NCBI GenBank assembly: GCA_043228905.1
Contig: JBHGNT010000004.1
Coordinates: forward strand, 21,638,001-21,702,000
Source: Azolla caroliniana
Lineage: Eukaryota > Plantae > Polypodiophyta
Direction: 5' to 3'
Length of the DNA stretch: 64,000 nt
Shown: positions 39,037 through 53,068 of the stretch, one piece after another
How positions within the stretch are numbered: position 1 is the first letter of the stretch
Layout of the letters: each line of letters starts with the position of its first letter
Notes under the pieces: generated by a model
The model's input: the letters and a program-made list of their open reading frames with translations, nothing else
The model's database searches: none
What the model was told of the DNA's origin: nothing
Program-made: the position numbers and the translations under genes

Positions 39037-42000
39037 ATGATGGAGATGGGGCAACAGTTATACAATGATGCAGGAGGCGGTGGAGCACTGCCACCTTCTT
39101 CCTCGAATTCAAATTCCCTTCAATTCAGCCCTCAATCAGCTCTTACAAGCAATGAAGACCTCTTCCTGCTCGATCCCGACTTCAGCCCATATTCCACAGA
39201 TGCATCCATAGAGCCCTTCAATATCCCCTCATTCTCGGTCCAAATGGGTGGCGATTTCTCATCAGTATTCATGGATCAATACTCTGCAAACCTTCAAGGC
39301 AATAGCAGTTTCATGGAAGGATTTCATCAAGTTAGCCCTGTAATGCCTACTTCTAATGGAGGGTTCTATGCCCCGGCAGATGAGTGGTCAGGAACTAGTA
39401 CTAATTCTATGCAAGAAGGAGGCCATGGAAACCTAAGCAACATAACTTCAGTTAATTCTCAGGTACATTCTCTAACGAATCCTTCCTTCATTACTGGTAC
39501 TAATCAATCCATGACTTTGGATGGGAGGAACCCATTACCACAAATACCCTATGACAATGGTCTTCAATCTGCCCAAGATGGGGTTGATCGTCATCAGAGC
39601 GTAATAAACAGAGGATTGAATCAAGGAGGGGCTGATCAGATGATAATAATGGGGAAGCAAGGACATTTGGACCCTGGTCAAGAAGGGTCTAGTCTTCTTG
39701 CTTCTCAAGGAATCAACCATAGTCAAGGAGGATCTAGTCTTATGGCTTCTCAAGGAGTCAACTCTAGTCAAGGAGCGTCGATTCTTATGACTTCTCAAAG
39801 AATCAACTCTTGTCAAGGAGGCTCTAGCCCTGTTGTTTCTCAAGGAATGGTCAAGCCAAGTCAAGGAGAAGTCAATCCTAGTCGAGGGATTTCTGTTCAG
39901 AAAGTCAACTCTAGTCAGGGAGGGGCTACTCATCTTACTTCTCAAGCAGGGCAACCCAGAGTAAGAAATCATGAGCTTCAGAATCTTGAGTTATTACAAC
40001 AAGGGAATGTAGACATTCCTCCTATGCTATTCAACCAACAACAACAATCTCATACTGATCAAGTTAGCATACCCAATATTATACCTAGTAATAGCACAGC
40101 TTCAGCTCTTCCTGAAACCAGTATACTGAGCTACCCACTAGAAACAATTAGGGTTTCCACATCTGGATTTGAACCTCGGACACTTAATCAACTAGGCACA
40201 ATCCCGGGAAACTCTCTCACTAGAGCTGGCATGATGCAAAACATATTACAAGCCCAACAACAGGGCCCTAGTGCAATGAAGAGCTCTGTATCAAAACCAG
40301 GTGGAGAAGGGGATGCCTCTGCCATACTGACAAGCTATCAAGATGCCAATTCCCTTTTCCAACCAGGGATCGGTGAAAGCAGTGTCACTAAACTCTCAGG
40401 TAGTAACCAATTTGGGCAGCTTAATAATGGACAGCACCAGCAGAATGATGTGCAGCAGTCATTGATGAATTCCTCTTTCCAAATGCAAGGAAGGCTCCTG
40501 CCATCGCAGTCTCCTGCTCAGCTGGAGTCCATCTCCCAAGGTCAAGGTCAAGGTCAAGGTCAAGTGCAAGTGCAATCCACTTTTCCGCAAGCTGCAAGTC
40601 CAAATCAGCAACCTGCTCGTTACCAATCTAGGCAATTGCCTGGGGGGGTACTGAATGCCAATCAGCAAACGTCTTTTCATTCAATTCAACCTCCTGGCAA
40701 CCTTAACCCTAGCCCTAGCCCTAATTCTAACCCGAACCCTAATCTGAATTTTAATGGAACACAACAACCCATGATTCCTCAAATTCCAAGGCTGCTCAAT
40801 CCAATGCTGCAAGGCCTGAAAGTTGGGGCACCACAACGTTCTCCTTTGGGATTTGGTAATAGTGTGGATGGAAATGCTAGAACCCAAATGCCGCCTCCTA
40901 TCGCTGCTCGTTGCATACAAGTTCTCATGCACTATATACAAGAACAACAAAAGAAACCACCGGTCAGTTCTTTTTCCTCATTGTTCTCTCAATGTTTCCT
41001 CCTTTTCTTAACATTGCCTCTCTCTGCACCAGCCTAGTGTTGTCTTAAGTAGCTTAATTTGTAAAGCCACAATACCATCATCATTCATATTTATAGGCAT
41101 ATAGAGCGTCCATCAATGTATTCTCCAGTCCTAGAGTCATTTACTAACTCTATATTGAGGCCTTGAAATAAAATTCTCATTTATATTCCTCTGCCATTTT
41201 ATAATAATCATAATGTGGTGTGTGAGTAATTGGCCACTAGTAGTAGAGGGGAGTGAAAGGATTGAAACTTGCTTGTTGTAAAAACTGAACTGCAACTTCA
41301 ATATGAGGCTTATAGTGGGTCAAGTATATTAAATCCTGAATCATATGAGGAAATCCAGTAATTTGTTGCATATCATGTCAATAGTTACCATGTCACGCTT
41401 AAATATTTATTTTCCCCTCTTTATTTAGCATTGTTTTAGTTTCTAGGTTAATTGCAACTCTTCTTTATGTTTGGATAACTCATGCTGCATTGTTTTGGAG
41501 GTCTGAAATCTTTGCATCTCCAAAAAATCACACTATCATTGATACCCTTATGGATGCATTCTAATGTGGTCTTTTAACTGATTGCTTTGGTAGTTTCAAG
41601 CTAACAAGGTGAAAGCATGATTTTTCGGTGGTACTTCATGTGTTTAAAACAGGGAAGTCAACCTTGAAGCATGATTTTTTGACCTCTCCTTAATGTATAT
41701 AAAACAGGATAACGACATAGCCTTTTGGAGAAATCTCGTCAAAGAATTTTTTGTGCCTGGTGCAACGAAGCGATGGTGTTTGTCAAGCTATAATTCATCA
41801 CCCATGGGAAGACATGCACAGGGTCTCTTCCCTATGGTGAGCAATTCTCCTTTTATATAGAATAAAAATACTTGTCTAAGCTTACTAGATCAACTATTTT
41901 GCGAAGATCCTTGTTTGATAAAGTGCAAGCACTTATATTTCGTTATTAACTTTGAAAGCCCTTATATGTAGTTACGTTTGAAGTTATTTGGCATTTCTAA

Positions 42001-44931
42001 ATACACATCAATTTCTTCAGAAAGAAAAAGACATAAAATTGGAGCCTCTTTTGCATGTTTAATTTATTTCAAAGAATTCTCTGTTGTTTATTCTTGTGCT
42101 TTTCCATTTCTGAATGCAAACAATAAATTATAAACTTTTCACGCCAAATAAATTTACATAGCTACAATAGTTTCTTACTGCTCCACATACTTGTATTGAT
42201 TATTGAATTATGATCGATGATAGATGGTTTAATGTATATTGCCCCTGGGGTTTAACTCTAAAAATACCTATTTGGTCTCACATGTTTTTGTCTGCAGGAT
42301 TATTGGTTCTGCAATATTTGCGGGGTGTATCCTGGAAGGGGGTTTGGTAAGCCTAATATAGCATAATATCCATTCTTGATACAAAGATTTATGCATATAT
42401 ATAAAACTGCAAGTTCTTTTCAGAATCCAGCACTGATGTTTTACCAAGGCTTTTCAAAATCAAATATGCCAGTGGATTGCTGAACGAACTCTTGTTCTTG
42501 GACATGGCAGAAAAGTATGGTGCTCAAATTATTGTTTTCATATTTTCTGAACAACTGCAATGTGTGTGTATTACATGTTTCATTCATTCTCTGTTAGAGC
42601 AGAAGATATATGCTACCCAATGGAAGGCTAGTTCTAGAGTTCCCAAAGGCTGTTCATGAGTCCATCTTTCCTGAGCTGAGAGTAAGAGACTTGACATTGT
42701 TAGATGTAAAATCCTTGGCTTTAAGAATGGATGAAATCCATTATCTTTGATATTGCTAATGATAGTTGGGCATGTGAAAGCGATGTAGGTGGTGAGATAT
42801 GGCAGGTTACGTGTCACATTCTCGAGCTCCTTTAAGGTATGGTCTAAAAACAGACTAGACCTGAGGTGTTTTGTGGATGGCTGTAATAGATGCTGAATGT
42901 TGCTTTGGTAGTGGTTTAACAGATCTACTCATGGGAGTTTTGTACAAAGATTCATGAGGAGGTTGTTTCAAAAAAAAGCCTTTTACAACAGGTATGGACT
43001 GTACATATATGTCTACATCTGCATGCATTCTAACTCCTTGCAAATGCTCTTATAAGGGTATGCTTGATTTACATTTTCTTCATTAAACGATGTGTGTCTG
43101 TTGTGTTGTGGCAGGCACAACAGTTAGCAAAACTTGTAATGGATTGCAATCAAGAAGGTTTCGATAAGAGTATAGGAACTCTGAAAACCCACTGCCATGA
43201 GTAAGATGCCATGTTTTAATACTTCCTCTGTTATTAGGTAATTAAAAGTATGTGCTAATGTCCCTACAAAACAGCTGGTGTTTTTGTTACACTAATTATA
43301 TTTGTATTGCCTGCTTACATAATGAAATCATATCCATGGTGTTCTTAATAATTTTGTGTCGGAGTGAGAATATACTTTGAAGTTCTCATTCAGTTAGAAA
43401 TGAAAAACGGCTTTCATATCTATTATCATAATTATGCATTTAGATTCTCTCTTTTTAGACAATTCTTTGCAGCTTGAACAGATGGAGTCTAGGTTAGATT
43501 GTCTCGTTACATACACTTGTGAAATTAGCTATATGAAAATAACATCATATATTGCTATAACTGGGGTTACAATGTACAAAAATAAATAAATAAAATCTAG
43601 GAGACGTGGAATGTGAGTGGATCAACTGTTGAACACCTTCATAGGATGATGCCATATAACATAAATGTCCTCCCTAGTGAACTGCCTTGGGGTTGTGCCT
43701 TATCTCGATCATATCAATGTATCCTCCAATGCACTCTACGTCTTCTATGTGCAATGAGATGCAAGTTTTATCTGCTCACCCATTTGTGCTTTTGCAACTT
43801 TCAAATGGGATGAACAGCATGCTTCTTGAAGTTATGCATTTATGAGTTTCATCATGTATAAAACTTAAGACAAGGTCATCTTATCTATGCAATTATTGGC
43901 TGTGCAATTTATACTTGTACAATAATCCATGTCCCCTCTTCCTGTTAAGTGCTACTATTAAGATTGTTTCAATTTCCTGTTTCAGGGTTACATCTATTTC
44001 TAAACAACTGGAAAGCAAGCTTCAAGCTCCCAGTGTGAATGATCTTGGTTTTTCAAGACGTTACGTACAGTGTTTGCAAGTAAATAAAACATATTCTCTT
44101 TTTTCCTTCTATTTTTCATTTCGGTATCCTGATCCATTAAGTAGGCTCCTCAATTGAGAATTGGAACTGCTTATTTTTAGATTGCTGAAGTTGTCAATAG
44201 CATGAAGGATCTGATTTCTTTCGAAAGGAAGACTGGTTTGGGACCTGTAGGTGAGTAGCTCTACCCAGAACATATCATGTGATATTATCGGCAATGTAAT
44301 ACTGTTATTTCGCTAGAACCAATGTTTTGTGAGACTAGTGCATAGTCATGTGATATTATCGATGATATTTTCCCCCCATCAATGCTAGCTCGACATTCCT
44401 CCCGGGTATCCTGTTCCCTTTTCAACTATCCATTTTGATGCATATGGTGTTTGTAAAATTCATATAAAAATCTTCCAAATTTTGGAAGTGGTTTTTTGAA
44501 CGAATAAAATTTGACAGCTTGTACATTATATACGCCCAAAAACCAAAACAATTTAGTAATGGATAAGACGTTCATTAATTCTTGGATAATGAGAATCACT
44601 GTAGGAAATATATTTGGCTCAACCAAGCAATGGTTGCCTAACTGTAGAGGGTGTTAATGTATCTAGACAACCATCTCACATTAGTAGGAATATGAAAGTT
44701 CTTATCATATTTATAATGAACTACAACATTACAGAAATAGATGAAACAACAATTAGACAATCAAACTAATTGATGTTTTATCCATACAGCAACCATACAA
44801 AGGCCTAGTAGACATCCATAAACCTTTGTTCAATTGTCTGTGTAAGCCTGCAAAATACTTGTAGTATAGAGTGAGACAAAGTGATGGCTTAGAAAACCCA
44901 TCCGACTAAGCATTACTGTTAACTAAAAGTG

Positions 44932-44964
<33 letters not shown>

Positions 44965-45518
44965 GATATATATGAAGAGATTGAATGATAGCACAGTGAT
45001 ATATTACTTCTAAATTATGTATTTCAAATACTTCTATCCACTAATACATGAAATTTGATGGTCATATAACAGCCAGCCTTTCCAATTTCCCAACCAAGAG
45101 GAAATTGCCCGATGAGCTACTTGCAAGGTCAACTGTAAATCAGATAATGACTCAGCTAACTCAAGGAAACATGAATTTGAACAATCACCGACAAGGGCCA
45201 ATAAATCAGTCATATTTACATCAAAATCAACCTACTACCACTACGATGTCCACTAATACCATTATTCCAGATGTGAAGATGGAACAGAGCAATGGAGTAT
45301 TACGCCAAATGCAGCCTTTTGGTCACCAAATACAGCCTTCCCAAGCTGTGGTTCAACCTGTAAATTTTAATCACATTGCACAGCAAATATATGAATCGGC
45401 GGCTGGGAATCGTCAGTTACCTCATCCAACACAATCTCAATCTTTGTATCAAACTGGACCACAAAGCCTTCCAGGAACACCTCAAAGTGATATGAGTGAC
45501 ATGAGAACCAATGCATAG
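39037..45518 (+). CDS. SEUSS/SEUSS-LIKE transcriptional co-regulator (LIM-domain-binding family), ~1028 aa, 11 exons: 39037-40962, 41708-41836, 42298-42346, 42424-42514, 42603-42681, 42789-42836, 42923-42991, 43115-43200, 43986-44079, 44181-44250, 45073-45518
   Basis: The spliced frame is open (3087 nt). LIM_bind motifs DNDIAFWRNLVKEFF..ATKRWCLS, WFCNICG.YPGRGFE, VLPRLFKIKYASG..ELLFLDM, ESIFPELRVVRYGRLRVTFS, SWEFC, VNDLGFSRRYVQCLQIAEVVNSMKDLI; Q/S/N-rich flanks. Confidence 0.92.
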
Positions 45519-45789
45519 ACAAAAATATTACATACCTCACAAAGAAAAACATGTAAAATATGGGATATTCGAAGTCGAATTATGAACCAACCAAACCCTA
45601 AATTGGGTCCTGAAATGGGGGGATCAAAGAAGCATAACTTTCTCTAGAATTTGGAGCAAAGAAAATCATAATATGCTCTAGATTTTCAGAATTCTTTCTT
45701 TCTTTGTAAGCCATTGAATTATGGTCCAAAAAAAACAACAGAGCACATTTGTTGCTCTAGAGTTCTTTCCTGACCACTGAATTGTTGAC

Positions 45790-46105
45790 AAAAAGAAAGA
45801 CATGGTATGCTTGTCTGATATATCCATGGATCTTGCCATTTTATTGTGGATCAAACAAAGTGTGTGTATACATATACATACTTATATGTATATATATTGG
45901 ATCAAACAGAATGAAGTTTCCAATGCCATTATTGTTGAAAAACAAATGACAAAGAAAGACATGGTATGCTTGTCTGATATATCCATGGATCTTGCCATTT
46001 TATTGTGGATCAAACAAAGTGTGTGTATACATATACATACTTATATGTATATATATTGGATCAAACAGAATGAAGTTTCCAATGCCATTATTGTTGAAAA
46101 ACAAA
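45790..46105. repeat. 159-bp near-perfect tandem duplication downstream of the SEUSS-like stop
   Basis: CATGGTATGCTTGTCTG...TGTTGAAAAACAAA repeated, starting at 45801 and 45960. Confidence 0.9.
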
Positions 46106-47119
46106 AAGAGCATATGCTCTTCTCTTCAGAGGTTAGAAATCCAAAATTCTCTCATCAAAAGCATTGAAAACAAAGTTTTTTTCACATGGGGTAAATGTTA
46201 TCGTGTGCACTATAAAAAAGTGTCCATTGACTTAATTTATGACCTCATAAAAGCATCATGGATTTCGATATGGAATAAATATATCCAAGGTATTAATCTT
46301 CTAAATCTAGGAAAATGACAAGAGATTACTTGCTAAAATACTGTCCAAGTTAGATGTTGCACTATTTTTCTAGGATTGTGATCATTATATCCCAATTGTG
46401 TGATCAAAATAGAGGACTTGGTTTCTTAAGATTGTAGGTCTGAAAGCGATTAAGAGCACTAAGGTTGTTAGGACCTTGTTCATACGACATACATATGATT
46501 ATTGATGAAACACTACATTGCCAACTATGCTTTTCCTTATAAATGGTTGTTGATGTGATGTATTCACATTCACATTCATGGCACATAGCTTGTGATTTCC
46601 TGGTGGAAGATTCCACATGGACATGTCATGTCACATGGTAGAAAGGTCTTGGTTTCTCTAACTTCCTCCTTGTCATGTTGTCATTGGCAGTTGGGTTAGG
46701 ATTTCAACCCACAATATCACATATAATCGTTGATTTGCTATCTTAAAATTTCACTCAATTTCTCTAAATGCAAAACCTCAAATGCACAATATAGATAAAG
46801 TAGACCTCACTAATTAGAGTTTTTTAATAGCTCGTTGATGCCTAGATTATAGATCAATAAATAGCAATATATAAAGAAACAAATAGTATATGGAATGAAA
46901 AGATAGTTCTTTGCAATCGTTGCTCACTACGGTTCTCCTACCTTTGAGTCAGTTCCCTCTTGTTTTTTTTTTCCTGAAAAATATCCTTTCATTAGTTATG
47001 AACAATTATTACAATAAAAACTGACCTACCATCAAGCTACCATTGATATGGTGCTTTCTTCCTTAGGTCCCATCCCTCAAGGATAAATAGTATGAACACT
47101 CCACCACTCCTTAACCGAG

Positions 47120-50100
47120 TTATGTGATTGGTGGTGGGAACAACCATACTGGTGGTGCTAAGCACCATTTAGGTCTTGAATTTTGTATTGTGAGGAAAGG
47201 GGCCTTCTTCCAATAGGCAATAAATTTGAGACGTTGCAACACTGCAACATTTGTCTCACCTTTAATATCCTCATACTGCCCTTTCAAGGTATGTACCATC
47301 TCCATCCAGACATTCCATACACTTTCCACTGGATGAACAATAGTATTACCAAACACCTTAGAACACCTAGGAGTCCAAATAAACCACATTGTGGTGGTGC
47401 ATAGTAGCTCCCATACTTCTTGCATTGTCTTTAACATGTAAGGAGCCTCCATTTGACTTCGTTGCACCACCATTATCATTCCTCTTTGAATTCTAATAAT
47501 CGTGTCATTTGAGCATGCCTCATATGGCCACATCACTTGTGCCACTGTAACCCATACTACCATACCCCACGAAAAACTGCAATCCCTAAACATACAGGCA
47601 ACAACTCGGAACACTCGTCTCCAAACTTGTTGGGCAACATGACATTCCCACAAGCAATGTTTCAATGTCTCCATCTGACAACTACAATAGATGCATGCGG
47701 CCGGTGCAGCTGATTGTTGCAACCATTGGCCAACTGGTAATGCTCTATGTATTACTAGCCATTGGAAGACATTTATTTTCATATCTTGCTTCCTTTTCCA
47801 TAATGTTCTCCAAAACTTTGTTAGGAATTCGGATGTGATCCCTTGGTGGGTCTAAAATTGACTCGCTCGTGGTGTAGTCCTACGTTGAGCTGCCAAAATG
47901 TGTCGTCCAATCTTAACTGAGTATTGAAAAAAACCACACCTTTCCGCACGATCAAACGGATATTTCCACCAAAATTCTCTCGGATCCCATTGCAACCTTA
48001 TCAAAGGTTTCTTTTAAAAAACTCTCAGTTTCCAATGCTCCTTGACTGCCTCAACTTGCGGGTCGATGATCCACTTAGCTCCGTCATAAGCCAGGACCCT
48101 TCTTTTAGAAAATGTAGCATATTGCAAGATCTCTGTTTGTATCGCTGCTCTACATATACTACCATCTTCCTCCACATCATAGTCTTGATATTGTCCGCAA
48201 GACAAATGTCCCCTTACCCCCACTAGCACTTGAATCCTTGTAAATGCTCCTTCCCAGTTGGGAGGATTAAAGGACCATACTTTAGAGGCTGAGTGCCCCA
48301 AAACCGACTGCACCTGGTCCCACCTAATCAGCCCCCCTCTCAAGGAAGACAAGAATTCTGATCTGTCATTTATATTCAGAGTATGAAATGATTTCCATGC
48401 ATCAACGGAAGCTCCTGGCCTTACATCGAGCTTGGCCCAATCCAATCGCATATGGGACCCCAACATGTGCCCTGAGGGCAAACGCATATTCGGATTCCAC
48501 ACTAAGTTTTGTCTCAAGTATTCCTCCTCACATGTTGGTACACCATGTTCCAACCCTTTATGTACATGCTTCCATGCTCGTAGAAGACCATTAAAAAAAT
48601 TGTCTTCCCAATTCCTAGTCATAACATGTTTCTTGTCTGGTATAAAGATCCACCTTATGCTATCAACCCATAATCCACTCATCGGCAGAGCACAACGATA
48701 CAATCTTTGCATAAGCAATTGCTTCCAAGGAGCATGTCCTGGTAAAAGGCCACGAACTATTATCTTTGCTAACAAGGCCATGCATTGGTCTAATGGATCT
48801 ATAATCCCTAGACCATCGTATTGCTTCGGGGTTATCAGTGTACTCCAAGCCACCTTTGCTCTTACATGACTCTTATCCTCCCCAGCCCATATAAAATTCC
48901 TAACCAGCCTTCGAATTTGTCCAATGCACGATTTTGAAAAGATCCAAGATGAGGCTATATACCACACCGTAGATAGTAGCACATGGTTGGCAACTATCAC
49001 TCTATCGGCCAAAGATAGTTTAGCATGGCTCCACAAGAATAACTTTTTCCTTAAATTTAATAGTAATGGTGTAGCATGTAATTCCGGAACCAAATCAATC
49101 CCAACCTGCACTCCAAGATATCGAACCGCAACTCCTCTTTGAGTCCACTGGAAAGTATGATGCGGTGCCCAACAAGGCAGCGGTTCCTTGCTCACCCAAA
49201 ATGCAACAATTTTCTCCCAATTTAACTTAGCTCCAAACGCTATACAAAACTGTGACAAAGCCACTTGTACTTGTTGCAAATTCGTTAGAGTCCCATCCAC
49301 ATATAATGCAGTATCATATGCAAATTCCGAGTCCAATATATCTTGTCCATGCATTGGCATTGCCAAACCACGCAAACCTATAGATTATGATGATATAAAT
49401 ACATGCATTGCTTCCGCAAACAAAAGGAACAAAAATGGTGCGAGTGGACATCCTTGGCAGACGGATCGAGTAATATTAAACCAAGGTCCTACTCCACCTG
49501 CCAACAACACCTGATTATGTGCATTTCTATAAAGACAAGAAACACCCTTAATCCGTGCCGTGTTGAAGCCCAAGTGATGCATAGTACCTTCCAAAAAATT
49601 CCAATCAACCCTATCATACGCTTTCTCAAAGTCTAAAAGCAACACGGCTAGGTTTTGTTTGTTTTTTACCGCTATTGCAGTAGCCTCCCAAAATGTAAAA
49701 ACATTATCCACAATACTCCTTTCCCTCATAAAACCAGTTTGCGATACATGAATTATCTTTGATAATACCTCTTGTAACCGAGAACTAAGCAACTTACCAA
49801 ATAGTTTATAACTAGTATTCAAGAGGGTGATTGACCTCCACTTATGAATATCTTCTGAAACCCCTTCTGTTTTAGGTATAATCTAAATAAGCCCCTTAGA
49901 TAATGACATGGGCATCTATCCACTTTCAAACATATGTTGGTAAGCATCTTTTAAATCTTTCTTCAGTATCCCCCAATATTTCTTGTAGAATTTAGGTGTA
50001 AGTTCATCCACTCCAGGACAACTATTGTCTGATAAAGAGTGTAACGCTTGTTCCAACTCCAATTCTATAATAGGTGACATCAATGAATCTTGTATTGCTT

Positions 50101-51475
50101 GAGTAACCTTGGGTTGAATTTCTGCCCAGACCTTCATTCTATTTTGGCTGATATCCTCAGAGATAGGCTCTTCTAACAAAAGGGTAGCATAGAATTTCGT
50201 GGAAATTTCCCGTACAACATTTGGATCCATTTCAAGTTCGCCATTTTCATTCCGCAAACAACAGGTTACATTAGAGACTCTCTTGGGGCCTTTAATATTA
50301 AAAAAATGTTTTATACATCTATCCCCAATTTGCGTCCATCTTGAAGCAGAATTGTGATATCGAAATTGACTACGACATTCTTCCATATGTTGAACTTGTT
50401 TTCGGGCTTCTTCAAGATGTGTAGCTATCCATGAACGCTCTGGCCGACCTTGTTGCAATCTTTGCAAAGATATCAATCTTGCCCTCATCCTTCTTTCCTT
50501 CTCTTGATATTCCATATATTCAGATCTTGATTTTAACACAAAATATTGTGATATCTCCGTCAAAGCACAAGCCACTTTGATTGTAATGGGAACATCCCTA
50601 TTATCTTTGTTCCGCCAAATATCTGTCACTTGATTATACCATCTATCATGTAACATTACTTTTTCAGGTATCCTAAATCGTATGGACTCCCTTTTCGATT
50701 GCCCAAAGGTTCTCAATATAACAGGAGCATGATTAGAGAAAGTTGTGCCTGGCATAATAGTGATATTTCCCCCATTTAAGACAAAGGCCTCCCCCACATA
50801 AAATCTATCCAATCTTGAAAGATTGGTTCCAACAATTCTTCTATCAGAACGTGAGAAACTCAAGGAGTCCTGAGATCTATAAACATTAGGCATATGCCAT
50901 GCATCCAAAATACTCAATTTCAAACACATCCGTTCCCAGACTGCTAATTCCTCCCCATGAATTGTTGAAACACTCCTTCCTTTCCTATCCTCCAGGTCCT
51001 CAAGCATACTAAAATCCCCTGCAACACACCAATGAGACACATTCGGTAATGCATTTGTAATTTCACACCAAAAGTGTTTCCTAGCCGATGCATGATTTGG
51101 CGTGTAGATATTCAAGTAACCCCAAGTTGTATGCAAATCTTGTAATACAATATATTGTGCTCTTCCTGGCACAATGATCTCTTTGCATATAATACTTGAT
51201 TTCCAATGATGTGCTATTGCCATACACACCCCGCCTTGTGTACCACTAGTGCCAATAGCCGGGGACCAAAACTTCTCCCAACTACCAGGTAATATAGTGC
51301 CATAGTTCCTTATTCTTTGCTCATTCAAATGATGTTCTTGAAACATCATAATATCCAACGATCCATTCGTGAGACACTTTTGTAATGCTTGCCTTAACCT
51401 ACCTCTATATCTTCGATACAAGGGACCTCCCAAGCCCTCTTGTTTTGTGAATGAGGAAACAACACTCATCGACAA
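47120..51475 (-). mobile_element. L1-clade LINE ORF2 (AP endonuclease - RT - zf-RVT), decayed
   Basis: EN: MFQEH, NIYTPN, VAGDFS, SRLDRFY, SNHAPV. RT: CPGVD, SQTGF, LDFEKAYDRV, QGCPLAP, FAYDT, YLG. C-terminal CIYC...ETLKHCLWEC. Several stops and frameshifts. Confidence 0.93.
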
Positions 51476-53068
51476 ATGTTAGAAGTTAGAACCCATGCGA
51501 ACAGTACAATAGGTCATGTAACAAAGTATGATAGTGGTTCAATTGTCGCATGCTAGATTTTGACATATTAATTATGATAGTTTGTTAACTACATAGAAGC
51601 ATGGTATAGGTAATTGCTAATGACAATACCTCAAGTTCAATACCTTGTTAAACATGATCGTCAAGAATGTATTTTTAACAAGAGGCACATGTTTTTTTCC
51701 CACATGATTGATGAGTTAGAGCTCCAAGAAAGTTGCAATTCCATGAAAACATCATATATTGATGGGGCATTTGTACTTTGTAAGTTTTATGAGTGACTAC
51801 TCTAGGTCTACTATAGTTTAAGCATTAAAAGAGAAGGTACATGTTCCCCAAATGCTTTCAACTTTTTCTTGTTAAGGCTGAAAATGAATTTGGCCTCAAG
51901 GTGTAGACTCTAGAGTCTTTGTATAGATGGTCAATAAGGGTAGCCATACCTATTTACACAAGCACCTATATTTACAAGAAAATTGCAACTCTAAACCCTA
52001 ATATAGTGATGTATACAATTCCATGAAAACACCATTGAATTACATCTATTTATGGATAACATGTTGTCATAATAACAACCCCAATTGTCTACCAATAGAG
52101 TGCATAACATTATGTCCACAAACTTGTGATCCTAGAAATCCTTGAAACAACAATTAACATGGAGATGTGCACTATACAAAATTTTTGGACAGTTACATGG
52201 ATGAATACATGCACTTCGAAAAACGTAGGAGGCTACGAATAACATTCCAATCCACAACTAGTTATAACCGTGTGTTTTTATAGAAAATGAAGACAACCCT
52301 TGGGGCTAAGTATCTCAGCCGACAAGTCATGATACAATACATATAACAAGATATCATATATTCTTCTAATAACTTTGAGAAATAAACTTTTCCAAATTCT
52401 CAGTAATACGCAAGCCTCAACAAAAGATGGACAAAATGTTAGTAAATTTTGTAAAAGAAAAAAATGTTTCACAAATATTTAGAAACCCAAATGGGTGAGG
52501 AGATGAGTGTGACTCTTATTGCAAGTGTGCCCAAAGGGAGATTTCATTTATGTTTTACAAACATACTTTTGATTATATTGGAGCTCAAATGGCATATTAT
52601 TATATAACATGATTGGTTCCATGCCAAAACCATAATGATAAAATAGTACCAATTAAGATGGTTAGGGGGGGCTATAAATAAACAATGGGTACGGTATACA
52701 CATCACAATATTGGGTGCAATTTACAAGAATAGATGTTGCAAGCCATTGCACAAATAATGGTATTTGCAAAAAGAAGAAAAGAATAGTGTGCTTGCATGT
52801 CGAATACTTGGAATGGCAAGGTATAAACCTTATTAACTATATTTGTCGAAGAAAACCCCTCCAATCCACTCATTCATTTGACATGCTAGAGGCAATGAAA
52901 CTTTGGTAAATGTCTTGGAAAGTGCTATCAGAGGCTCCCAAACACCATTTAAACTTAGACTTACAACCCAATCCACATGAATTCACTTGAAGGCTTGTAA
53001 AGAATGTTGATGTAACAATGTGATCAATCTTATGAATAAAAGAATAAACCATTCCCTCAACAACTTGA

